A DNA stretch of 50,705 nucleotides from a virus. Its lineage: Duplodnaviria > Caudoviricetes. The first letter of the stretch is position 1, and the number at the start of each line of letters is the position of its first letter. The notes below the pieces were generated by a model that was not told the origin of the DNA, ran no database searches, and was given only the letters and a program-made list of their open reading frames with translations. Below, piece by piece: positions 29,108 to 38,491 of this stretch. Both the position numbers and the translations under genes were made by a program. The stretch covers positions 1 to 50,705 of the IMG/VR virus record IMGVR_UViG_3300025769_000013. The stretch is one strand, 5' to 3'.

Positions 29108-32100
29108 ATGGGATACACAGACACAGAGAAGCAGGAGATTCTAGCAGGGGTTCCTGAGGATGTGAAAAACCGTGCAAGGCAAGGTGATCGTGATGCAATC
29201 GATTTGATTAAAGGGAAAATTTCGGAATGGAAGTCAGTGACGGAATTACCACAGACACAGACTCAAGCTCCAAAAACTCTATCAGATCGATCTCGTGTTA
29301 TTGATCTGGCCAATCAGGATAACTTTAACTGGGATGAGATCTCTGGTCTAATCGATTCTGGTAAGCTTACGGATGAAGTGGTGGAGTTTTTCGCCAGTGA
29401 AGGGTATGGATTGGAGCAGTCCCTTACTGGTGGTCGGATTATCAATATTGGAAAGAAGGGTAACTATATTTCCAGCCCACAAGGGCGGATGCTCAGTAAG
29501 CTGGGAGAGAGTATTTCTTCTGTTGTTACAATACCCTGGCGTGGCCTTGGAGATAATGATCCAACATCCATGTCTAAGGATGATTTCTACAGGTATCTAT
29601 TAAAGCAACCCAAAGATGATTGGGCTCGGACAGGAGTTGAGAAATTAATCCGGAAGCAACTTCAAGAACGGCAACAAGAGGAACAGAAGGCATATGCACT
29701 TCATGGAGAAGATGCGAATGTCGATATGCACGGAAAAGCCGGAGCTTTAAGCCAAAAGAACGAAATCCCAGCACCAACTCCACAGGATTGGTTCCCAGAA
29801 AAGTTTCTGAAATCAGAAGATGGATCATATTCTGCAAACAAGAGTGAATTAAAACGATACAAATCTGTAATCCTGGAGAATGATCCATATGCGGCATCGC
29901 AGGTGGAACAATTGACCGGACGGGCAGTTGCTGACTTTTATTATGCCAAGAAGGAGGAAGACTCCCAGATGCTCGAACGATTAAATCAGCTTCAAGCAGA
30001 AGGAAGGACGCATCTTCATGACCCTGAGGTTTATGATTGGTTTGTCCGCAGGGGTATGGAGAAGACTCAGGACATCACCTTGGGCCAAGCGATTGACGCT
30101 GGTTGGGATATATTAGGACAAGTTTGGCAAGGGTTGGTTGGCTCGGAAGATGGTTCTGGGATTATCAAGGAATTCGGAGATACAGTATTCAAAGACGATG
30201 CTGCTGAGTATCAAGAGTTTGATGAACTGGTTGGAGAGTCATTCCGGGCATTGGGTTCTGACTACCAACTCCTGAGTGAAAATGCAGGCGGATACTTCTT
30301 GGATCTTATTGAAAAGGCGGATGACAAGGATAGTCCTGAAGCTCAGGAGTTGTATCGAAAAGCGAAATCTGAGCGAAATCGTAAGTTCCAGCTCAGGGCA
30401 TTATCAAACCAAGCAGTTTACGCAAGGGCATCCCAGTCATTGGCATTGAGTCAGGGGAAGAATCCCCAGCAGATGCAGAAGAATATTCTAACTGGTACAT
30501 TTACTTTTGATCCGATGAACTTCGTTCCTATGGGAGGTGTATCAAAAAAAGGTGCAGAGGCGACTCTTAGGGCTGGAGTGAATACACTAAATGATGGTGC
30601 ATTGAAGACTGCGAAGATTGCTGCTGACGAAGCATCGAAAGCTATTTCAGATGCACAAAAGGTGTTGATCGATGCAAAGAAAGCGGGGGATGGTGCTGCG
30701 ATCCAATCTGCCAAAAAGACTTATGATGACGCTTTGAAGCAATACGATAATGCTGAGAAGGCGTTAAAGGAGGCATCGACTAAGGTTGATAATATCTACC
30801 AGGAGTTATTGGAAGCAGGCATGCCAAAACTTTCGGGAAAAGCACTGGAGATGATGGGAGCCGCCGGAGAGTGGATCATGAAGAAAGGCGATGAGGCTTT
30901 AGATAATATCGCAGTTAAGATCGCCCCAGGCATGGCAGATGACACAAGACGATTGCTTGAAGGCGGAGTAAAAGTCGGTGTTGCTGCTACGTTAGGAGGG
31001 GCAAGTCTCGGAACTGTAGGTGCAGTCGTCGGAGGCGTATTGTTAGGAAGTCCAGTAGCAAGAGCACTTGCAAGAGATATGCGGTTAATGGGATCACATA
31101 TTGCACTTGGAGCAAGACTTCAGCCTCTACACCGAGCATTGCAAGCGACCACTGATGCAGGAGGAAATGTAATTTCTCCTGCTTCCTTTGGAACAAGAGT
31201 AGCGGCAAGAGGGTACGAGGCGGCATTTCCCTTTGTAGATCCAGTCGCCAGACTCGGAAGTCGAGTTGTTAAAGGAGTTGCCTCCGTGCAAACGGCGGAG
31301 GCGATGGCAATCCAGTCCGCTATCGGTTATTTGGGATCAGGAGGCACTTGGCAAGGTGCAGTGACTGGAGCGACAATGGGTTTTGGCATGGCAGGGTCTT
31401 TTGGTGCTGCTGGAGCACTTACGCCTTTTGGAAGTCAGAAACAGGTCAATCAATTGGCAGCAACGAATGCTAGGCATTACCGTGATATGTTAAAAGGCAC
31501 TCCTACTGGCGACGAGTTTGCAAAGCTACCATTTGAGGATCAGAAAGCAATAGCATGGGCTATGGGCGGTTTCACAGATACCGCACTCAAGATTATCAAT
31601 GACCCAAATGCACCTGCTGGAGCGTATAACCCAGCAAGGAATGAGATCAACATCAATACAGGGCGAAGAGAGTGGACTAAGGAGTTTGCCAGAAATGTAG
31701 CGAAACATGAACACTCTCATTACATCGCAAGGCATGTTGGTGTCCGTGAGAAAATCCTGAAGACTTTGTTGGCGGATGACTTCTCTCTCCAGTCAGGAAT
31801 CTTTGCTAAGAAGGGGAAAGATGGTAAAGCACTGTATAAGCTAGACCGTGATACTATCCGGGAGATCATGCGTAAAAATACGCAAGGTAAGTCTGTCGAT
31901 GAGGTAATGCAGGAACTTGGATTGTCCAGGGAAGCTGTTGAGTCACTTGGTCAGGTGTTGACTGTCGGTGATCGTCGTAGAAATGACGTTTACATTGAAA
32001 CCACTGATGACTTTAAGGACATCACCAATACATATTTGTCAAAACTGGCGGCATCCAACCCCTTTGCCGCCATTGATTTAATCAACAAAGGTGAGAGGTA

Positions 32101-35100
32101 TGTACAGGAGTACATTGCTGAAGAGATTTTTGCAGAACAGGGGGCAGCAGAAATTGCTAACTACACTCCAGCTTATGCGAAAAGCTTTCGACGAGCTGCA
32201 TGGAGAAAAGATTTGGATGCAGCTCTAAGCAACCCCAGGTTCTCAGGCAGGAAAGCAAGTGTGCTGGGGAGAATTGGTGCATTATTTGGATCTGACCAAA
32301 AGATCAACTCTTCTATATTGGGTGCATTTGACTCCATTCCTGAGTTTAAGGAAATATTTGACGGATACAATCACTCCAGGTCAATGAACCGTGACATGCA
32401 ATTGGCCGAATCCAATGCAGACGGGTTAGCACCTTCGGAGATACTTGATCCAAGAGACTGGGATGCGTCAGTCAGCACTCCATCCACTGAGTCCTTGAAG
32501 GCATGGGTCGCCAACGGGATGCTGGATGTAGATCCAAAGACTGGAGTCCCTAAAGGTATTGAAGTTCAGGCAGATGGAAGCTGGAGAGTCCGAGATCCAA
32601 ACCTTATTCGTCAATCTGCGAAAAATGCCGATAAGGCAGCAAAGGAGTTTGGTAGTGAGATAAAGGATTGGCTCGAAGATAACACGCAGCCTCCGAAGTC
32701 TGCCCAAGAGATTAAAGACTCTATCGACAGTCAGGCTCCCCCTCGATCTCAGGCTGAAAAGGATGCTCTGGATGAAGTGAAGAAGAAGATTGATGGAGGG
32801 GTGAAGCAGGATATCGAGAAGGAGATCCGGGTTCAAAAGTCTCAGTCCGTCCAGGCAACCAAGGACTACCTTGATGATGTTAGTCAAATTATCGACGACA
32901 ACATGGCCGATGATGATGTCGTTGCTCCACGGACTACCATTGATGGCCGAACTATTATTGCAGGCAGATACCTTCCTGAAGACCTACTGACACACCTTGA
33001 AAAGTCTGGGAGGTTTAACCCTCATCAATTACAGAACCTCCGCAATTTGAACCAGTATTTGAAGGATGGACTACATGCCACTCCGATTACGGTGATGTAC
33101 CAATCCACGATGCGAGCTGGGAAAGCAAAGCCTATTGCTGCTGCGGAAAAGACTGTCTATGTAACTGGGTTTGAGGTTACTCAGCAAGGAAACTTTATTT
33201 ACCGCATTTGGAACATTGACAAAATCATGACCAATGGGGCTAAGAAGATGAACTCCAAGATTGGTAAACAGCTTTACAATGGTGATATTGGGCAGTTCAA
33301 TCAGGATGTCTACACTTACTTCAATAACTACGCAAAAGGACTTCCTGGAGCTACTGGATTGAGTGCGACCAAGCGAGATTTCATCCGCAAAGCCATTGGT
33401 CTTGCTGACCCTAACACATCCTCTAACTCTGGAAGGACTCCAAACCCATACGCTTGGAATGTCCAGCCGTTAAAAGACGCAAAGGATACAGCGTTAAACT
33501 CCTATAGACTTGATCGCACAAATTGGATTGACCTTGGGAACCCAAGGATGAAGAAACCGCTGGATGCTCCATTGACATCAAGGGAAGGACCAAATCCAGG
33601 TAGTTACCAGCGGATCAGGGAGAATTACCACCCTGGCGACATAGACTACCTTGACGCAGTGGAGTCTGGTGACATGGAGACTGCTCAGAAGATGGTGGAT
33701 GAGGCTGCGAAGAAGGCGGGATGGACTGTATTGGCATGGCATGGCACTACGCAGGGAGCGTTAAAAGGAAACAAGTTTGATCCCAGTAAACAGCAAAGAG
33801 GCTTCATTACTTCCGCAGGGTATTTCACAACAGATAAGCGAGCGGCAGCAGGGTACGCAACCTCTGGAGGGGCGGGACATTACCCAAAAGGCAGCAAAGA
33901 AAGGAAGGCTCTCGAAGGAGGGGAAAGGCCGTACGACCCTTCACTATATAGAGTTTACTTAAAAGGCGACTGGTGGAAGGGTGATATTGATACAGATGCT
34001 CTAGTTGAGGCAGTGAACACTGTAAACAACAAAGGTATTGCCGATGAGTTTGATTTAGAGTGGACCTCGACATGGGATGATAAGGAAGGGTATGCCAGTC
34101 GTACTGACAGTTACCCAGACGTAGTCTTTGATACTCCAGAGGAATGGTTAAGGGACTTTGTCGAGAAAGGTGAGTTTGATTCGTACGTAGGAAACGATAC
34201 GGATGCTATTGGTTCTGAGTCACCTATTGCATTTGTCTTTTCTAATTGGGAAGTTGGTAAAGAATATCTGAATATAACAAAAAAAGATGGAGTTACTTAC
34301 TTTGATAAGGAAACAACCGAAGTTGATGCGTTTTCCGATAATGCAACTACTTATGTCCCCACGAATCCCAACCAGATCAAATCCGCCGACCCCGTGACTT
34401 ATGATGATGCTGGTAGCGTCATTCCGTTGAGTGAGCGATTCAACCCCAAGAGCGACGATATCCGCTATCACCCAGGCACTGACTCCGACTACCTAAAAGC
34501 AGTGGAGTCTGGAGACACTGAGACTGCTCAGAAGATGGTAGACGAGGCTGCGAAGGCTGCGGGGTATAAAGTTGTTTACCATGGGACGACCAAAAAGGGA
34601 TATACCAATATATGGAAGTCAGGAAAACTGAAACCAGATGCAGAACCAGCAGTTTATGTCACCACCGATTCAGAAGGTGGTGGTTATGGAGATGGCACTG
34701 TTCTCCGAATTGGAATTAAAGAAGGTCGATTGGAAATCGATGATGAATTCCCAGGCGGAAGAGAAGATTATCGTGTGGAGGTGGGTTACCAGGGAGAGAT
34801 TCAAATCAAATCCGCCGACCCCGTCACCTACGATGATGCTGGTAACGTCATCCCGCTCTCCGAGCGATTCAACCCGAAGAGTGACGATATTCGCTTCTTC
34901 CCTGGACTCGATGACGAATCCACCAAACGTGCAGGCTTCAACTTCACTGCAGTCTCCGATCGTATTCCTGTCATCCGTGACCTCTACGCGAAGAAAGACT
35001 GGGAAGGACTCAGGGAGATCAATCGATCACTTATCTCCCACGCCCTGGCTGACATCCCCAGAAGTAAACTCAAAGTAACCACAGAGGATATCCATGGTGT

Positions 35101-37933
35101 CTGGATGGGCGAAACTGAGCCCACCATCCGCGTGGAAGTGGAAGCTGCAGATGACGCCACTCTTGATCAGGCTCGTCGCCGCATCAACGCCCTGGGTGCC
35201 ATCTTCGATCAGGATGAGGTCCACGAATTTCAGAGGGCGAGCATGGGTGACAATGATCAATTTGGGGTAACTCCAGGGGCAGTAGATCAATTCCAACCCT
35301 TCGCCCGTATCTTTGTAGAGGATCCATCCAATCCAGGAAGAAAACTTGACTGGAGCGAACTGGAACCTTATCGTGCTCAAACTGATCTTCTAGGAGCCTC
35401 ATTTGATGGAAACGAAATTTTTGTTTACGGAGTTGATGGTAACGAGAAGGTATTTCTCCAAAATGTAAAAAAACTTGAGCAACTGATCCAAAATGGGAAC
35501 CTTAGCCGAATTCAAAAAACTTCTGAATACGGAGCAATCCGTCTTAGGAGGGCCAGCAGGGATATGGGTAGACCCGAAACCCGAGGATACCAAGAAAGTG
35601 CATTTTCGGATGGTCCAGTATCCCAAGAAGGACAACCAGGCGATAAAGGACTCCGCTCCGACCTCGCCCTCCGAGTCTTAAAGTTTACAGGGGGACGCAT
35701 CCTCTCACCCAAAGACGCCAAGCGATCCCTCTTCGTAGGGAAAGATCTCACTCCCGAGCAGGTCGAGCTCCAGATCAAGATCGCTGACCACTACGAACAG
35801 GCTCCAGTCAATGACATGGACCGCCCGATTGTGCAACGTGCTTACCGAGCTCTCCAGAAAGAACTCGTGGATCAATATAAGGCAATCGTCGAAGGGATGG
35901 AGATCATTGGAGTCCCCTGGAGACGCAAAAAGGACGGAGAGTGGATTGAGGGTGATATCTACCCAAGTTCCAAGGAAGCAGTCCGAGATATCCGCCAGAA
36001 CAATCGGATGGAATACCTCCTAACCGACCCCGATGCATTTGGACCCCAGGGAGAAGACTTCTCAGGACACCCACTCCTGGAAGACTCTGGAATTGAAGTC
36101 ATGCTCCAGGATGCGGAAACCGGAGAGCTCCGGCCCTACTCCGCCAATTACAACGATATTCTCCGAGTCGTCCATGACGTCATCGCTCACGGACTTTATA
36201 CTGACCAATTTGGCCCTATCGGAGAAGAGGGAGCCTACCGCACTCACGCCGTTGTCACTCAGGATCCATTTGCCATTTGGACATTGGCTAACGAGACACG
36301 GAATCAAAACTCCTGGGTCAACTACGGTCCCCAGGTACGTGGCAAAGATGGCCAGCTTATCAAGAAAGGTGAACCCGGGTTCCGGTCGATCCCTGAACGC
36401 GAATTTGCTGAACAGAAAGCCATTCTCCTTCCAGTCGATGACCTCCTGACCGGAGTCCCTGAAATCGATCAGAAAGTTGAATCCCTCAGGGCAATGCTTA
36501 CTCCAGAGGAAGCAATGGGCAGTTTGGCTGAATCAAGTCAGGTCCGATACTACCCTGGCACTGATGATGATGCTATTAGGACTTCAAGTAAGAATATTCT
36601 TACGAATCAATCCTCAAAAGGAACAGTAAATGAAATTGGAGAGGCAGCTACAATCTTCAAGGAGTCCTTCATTGAGCAATTTGGTGAAGTAATGACTGCA
36701 AAAGATATGGGGGATGATCAAATAAAGTGGCTGGCAGATCAATTAGTGCAGGAAGCTTTAGTAGAATTCGATAAAGTTGATAATGCAGTAGATTGGTACA
36801 CAACTGCTGTAGAAGGTATGCTTAAGAAAGCTGAAACTTTGTTTCCAGAAATCTCTGATCGTGGAATTGATTATCATACATTCCTAGCTGCAGTTGCGAT
36901 CACATCCCAGAATCTTGCGGTACGCGACAACCTTGCATATGCAGTCGGTCAGTACGAGTACCGCAAGAAGAATGGTGTCTTTAATTACAAGGAAGATGTT
37001 GGAAGTAAGGCTGAAGCGATTCGTGGAAATTTAAAACTTTTCGATAGACTTATCAAAGAGCTAGGAGAAGAGGATTATATTCAATTTACCCAGAGAGATT
37101 TCACAATAAAAGAGTTATCAAGCGACCTATCAGAAGTCTTGGGCAAGAAAGTAAATATAGCAGGCTATCAATCAGACTCAGTAAAAGGATCTGCGGCATT
37201 CGGTCCAAAGATTGGCCAGGGATTTCTCCAGAATCTCTTGGGCAACTATGACCCTGTAACTGTAGATCTCTGGTTGCGAAGAACATTTGGTCGCTTAACT
37301 GGCGATGCCATTCGGAAAGAATTAACTGTCCAGGATATTGGAAGGTTAGTCTTTGCGTTTAAAAATAGAAGTAATCGAGGTAAGTTTAAATTACCGGAAG
37401 ACATCAATCTGCCAGATTACCTGAAAGGACTTCGACTTGAGGGCTCAGTCACTAAAAGAGGTTCTCAGCATAAGATCACTGGATCCGCATTTAGTCGTCT
37501 ATTTAACCCCAAAACAAAAGAAGGTGCTGCAAGACAAGAAGAACTTCGCCAATTAGGAAAAGTATTAAATTCTGCATGGGAAAGCACGTATAAACGGGAG
37601 GTTCCAAAGCTTGGAAAAGAAGAAGTAGGCAAACGAAAGCCATATTGGGCTTATATTGGAAGCACCTTGAACGGGAAATTTAAACCAGTTGACGCCCCAT
37701 CAAACTTGGAACGAAAGGTTATTACACAAGCGTTTGAGATTGTTCGGAAGCGTCTCAAAGAGGAACATGATCTTGACTTCACTAACGCAGATCTTCAAGC
37801 TCTCCTTTGGTATCCAGAAAAGGATATATGGGGTCACCTCACTGGCGAAAGTGCCGACTCCTTAAAGGAAGACTATTCAACTGCAATGGAGGCAATTCTC
37901 AATGAGCGAAACAGAGCCACAGGAACTGAATGA
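29108..37933 (+). CDS. giant injected polyvalent protein (~2941 aa): ejection core, zincin peptidase, two ADP-ribosyltransferase-like domains, further effector domains
   Basis: HEHSH + EEIFAE; WHGT..YFT / YHGT..YVT with QIKSAD ends; HDVIAH domain; C-terminal GPKIG..FL.NL..VTVDLW..LQALLW. Confidence 0.85.
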   Translation: MGYTDTEKQEILAGVPEDVKNRARQGDRDAIDLIKGKISEWKSVTELPQTQTQAPKTLSDRSRVIDLANQDNFNWDEISGLIDSGKLTDEVVEFFASEGYGLEQSLTGGRIINIGKKGNYISSPQGRMLSKLGESISSVVTIPWRGLGDNDPTSMSKDDFYRYLLKQPKDDWARTGVEKLIRKQLQERQQEEQKAYALHGEDANVDMHGKAGALSQKNEIPAPTPQDWFPEKFLKSEDGSYSANKSELKRYKSVILENDPYAASQVEQLTGRAVADFYYAKKEEDSQMLERLNQLQAEGRTHLHDPEVYDWFVRRGMEKTQDITLGQAIDAGWDILGQVWQGLVGSEDGSGIIKEFGDTVFKDDAAEYQEFDELVGESFRALGSDYQLLSENAGGYFLDLIEKADDKDSPEAQELYRKAKSERNRKFQLRALSNQAVYARASQSLALSQGKNPQQMQKNILTGTFTFDPMNFVPMGGVSKKGAEATLRAGVNTLNDGALKTAKIAADEASKAISDAQKVLIDAKKAGDGAAIQSAKKTYDDALKQYDNAEKALKEASTKVDNIYQELLEAGMPKLSGKALEMMGAAGEWIMKKGDEALDNIAVKIAPGMADDTRRLLEGGVKVGVAATLGGASLGTVGAVVGGVLLGSPVARALARDMRLMGSHIALGARLQPLHRALQATTDAGGNVISPASFGTRVAARGYEAAFPFVDPVARLGSRVVKGVASVQTAEAMAIQSAIGYLGSGGTWQGAVTGATMGFGMAGSFGAAGALTPFGSQKQVNQLAATNARHYRDMLKGTPTGDEFAKLPFEDQKAIAWAMGGFTDTALKIINDPNAPAGAYNPARNEININTGRREWTKEFARNVAKHEHSHYIARHVGVREKILKTLLADDFSLQSGIFAKKGKDGKALYKLDRDTIREIMRKNTQGKSVDEVMQELGLSREAVESLGQVLTVGDRRRNDVYIETTDDFKDITNTYLSKLAASNPFAAIDLINKGERYVQEYIAEEIFAEQGAAEIANYTPAYAKSFRRAAWRKDLDAALSNPRFSGRKASVLGRIGALFGSDQKINSSILGAFDSIPEFKEIFDGYNHSRSMNRDMQLAESNADGLAPSEILDPRDWDASVSTPSTESLKAWVANGMLDVDPKTGVPKGIEVQADGSWRVRDPNLIRQSAKNADKAAKEFGSEIKDWLEDNTQPPKSAQEIKDSIDSQAPPRSQAEKDALDEVKKKIDGGVKQDIEKEIRVQKSQSVQATKDYLDDVSQIIDDNMADDDVVAPRTTIDGRTIIAGRYLPEDLLTHLEKSGRFNPHQLQNLRNLNQYLKDGLHATPITVMYQSTMRAGKAKPIAAAEKTVYVTGFEVTQQGNFIYRIWNIDKIMTNGAKKMNSKIGKQLYNGDIGQFNQDVYTYFNNYAKGLPGATGLSATKRDFIRKAIGLADPNTSSNSGRTPNPYAWNVQPLKDAKDTALNSYRLDRTNWIDLGNPRMKKPLDAPLTSREGPNPGSYQRIRENYHPGDIDYLDAVESGDMETAQKMVDEAAKKAGWTVLAWHGTTQGALKGNKFDPSKQQRGFITSAGYFTTDKRAAAGYATSGGAGHYPKGSKERKALEGGERPYDPSLYRVYLKGDWWKGDIDTDALVEAVNTVNNKGIADEFDLEWTSTWDDKEGYASRTDSYPDVVFDTPEEWLRDFVEKGEFDSYVGNDTDAIGSESPIAFVFSNWEVGKEYLNITKKDGVTYFDKETTEVDAFSDNATTYVPTNPNQIKSADPVTYDDAGSVIPLSERFNPKSDDIRYHPGTDSDYLKAVESGDTETAQKMVDEAAKAAGYKVVYHGTTKKGYTNIWKSGKLKPDAEPAVYVTTDSEGGGYGDGTVLRIGIKEGRLEIDDEFPGGREDYRVEVGYQGEIQIKSADPVTYDDAGNVIPLSERFNPKSDDIRFFPGLDDESTKRAGFNFTAVSDRIPVIRDLYAKKDWEGLREINRSLISHALADIPRSKLKVTTEDIHGVWMGETEPTIRVEVEAADDATLDQARRRINALGAIFDQDEVHEFQRASMGDNDQFGVTPGAVDQFQPFARIFVEDPSNPGRKLDWSELEPYRAQTDLLGASFDGNEIFVYGVDGNEKVFLQNVKKLEQLIQNGNLSRIQKTSEYGAIRLRRASRDMGRPETRGYQESAFSDGPVSQEGQPGDKGLRSDLALRVLKFTGGRILSPKDAKRSLFVGKDLTPEQVELQIKIADHYEQAPVNDMDRPIVQRAYRALQKELVDQYKAIVEGMEIIGVPWRRKKDGEWIEGDIYPSSKEAVRDIRQNNRMEYLLTDPDAFGPQGEDFSGHPLLEDSGIEVMLQDAETGELRPYSANYNDILRVVHDVIAHGLYTDQFGPIGEEGAYRTHAVVTQDPFAIWTLANETRNQNSWVNYGPQVRGKDGQLIKKGEPGFRSIPEREFAEQKAILLPVDDLLTGVPEIDQKVESLRAMLTPEEAMGSLAESSQVRYYPGTDDDAIRTSSKNILTNQSSKGTVNEIGEAATIFKESFIEQFGEVMTAKDMGDDQIKWLADQLVQEALVEFDKVDNAVDWYTTAVEGMLKKAETLFPEISDRGIDYHTFLAAVAITSQNLAVRDNLAYAVGQYEYRKKNGVFNYKEDVGSKAEAIRGNLKLFDRLIKELGEEDYIQFTQRDFTIKELSSDLSEVLGKKVNIAGYQSDSVKGSAAFGPKIGQGFLQNLLGNYDPVTVDLWLRRTFGRLTGDAIRKELTVQDIGRLVFAFKNRSNRGKFKLPEDINLPDYLKGLRLEGSVTKRGSQHKITGSAFSRLFNPKTKEGAARQEELRQLGKVLNSAWESTYKREVPKLGKEEVGKRKPYWAYIGSTLNGKFKPVDAPSNLERKVITQAFEIVRKRLKEEHDLDFTNADLQALLWYPEKDIWGHLTGESADSLKEDYSTAMEAILNERNRATGTE
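33644..34564 (+). repeat. intragenic repeat A (33644-33721 and 34487-34564)
   Basis: DYL.AVESGD.ETAQKMVDEAAK.AG; 12 mismatches in 78 nt by manual count. Confidence 0.9.
34373..34906 (+). repeat. intragenic repeat B (34373-34477 and 34802-34906)
   Basis: QIKSADPVTYDDAG.VIPLSERFNPKSDDIR..PG twice, mostly synonymous differences. Confidence 0.9.
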
Positions 37934-38048
37934 AGTACTGCTTGAAATGACTGATGAGCAGTTAGGTCAATTTGCATCCAAGATTAAAGAGAAACTCGCA
38001 AAGGACCGCGAAAATAATCAGGAATCAAAAAAGATTCCTAAGTACTAA
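37902..38048 (+). CDS. 48-aa protein overlapping the end of the giant gene
   Basis: GGAGG at 37888-37892, ATG 37902, MSETEPQELNEVLLEMTDEQLGQFASKIKEKL... Confidence 0.55.
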   Translation: MSETEPQELNEVLLEMTDEQLGQFASKIKEKLAKDRENNQESKKIPKY

Positions 38049-38078
38049 AAAGCCCCGACTCGGAGTGAGTCGAGGCCA
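38047..38078 (-). terminator. terminator between convergent genes
   Basis: On -: GGCCTCGACTC-actcc-GAGTCGGGGC-TTTTT. Confidence 0.7.
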
Positions 38079-38107
38079 TTACGTCTAACTAGACGTCTAA
38101 ATCATGT

Positions 38108-38428
38108 CTAAGCTATGACCTGTACCTGGTAGACGTTCACCTTCCCGGATTCGGACTTACCACGCACATTCACGTACCGGATTGAATCATCCTCCCCCAT
38201 CAAGGAGAACCATTTCCCGATCAATAGGTTAGAGTGAGTGATGCCTACCTTGAACTGCTGACAAGTATCCCGGAACTGTGCAGCGGTCCCTTCCCAGTAA
38301 CGAACGCCAGGATACTGCTCATGGAACTCTGAGCAGAAGGATTTGAGAGCCGCAAAGAACCCGAGGTTTGGAAGGAACCCTGGAAGTTCATCCTGGTGCA
38401 GTCGTGGAGGTTCTGGCTTGGTGACCAA
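38108..38428 (-). CDS. winged-helix-like hypothetical protein or gene remnant
   Basis: YWEGTAAQF..IGKWF pattern; frame is open back to the recombinase stop. Confidence 0.5.
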   Translation of the reverse strand: MVTKPEPPRLHQDELPGFLPNLGFFAALKSFCSEFHEQYPGVRYWEGTAAQFRDTCQQFKVGITHSNLLIGKWFSLMGEDDSIRYVNVRGKSESGKVNVYQVQVIA

Positions 38429-38491
38429 TTGCTGCTCAAGGAGCTTCTGGAGTTCTGCTTGTTCCGGAAGCGGAATTGGTAGAGTGAAAGT

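Noticed and set aside
33644-34906. Diversity-generating retroelement template/variable repeats
   Set aside because: No reverse transcriptase; differences are mostly synonymous and not adenine-specific
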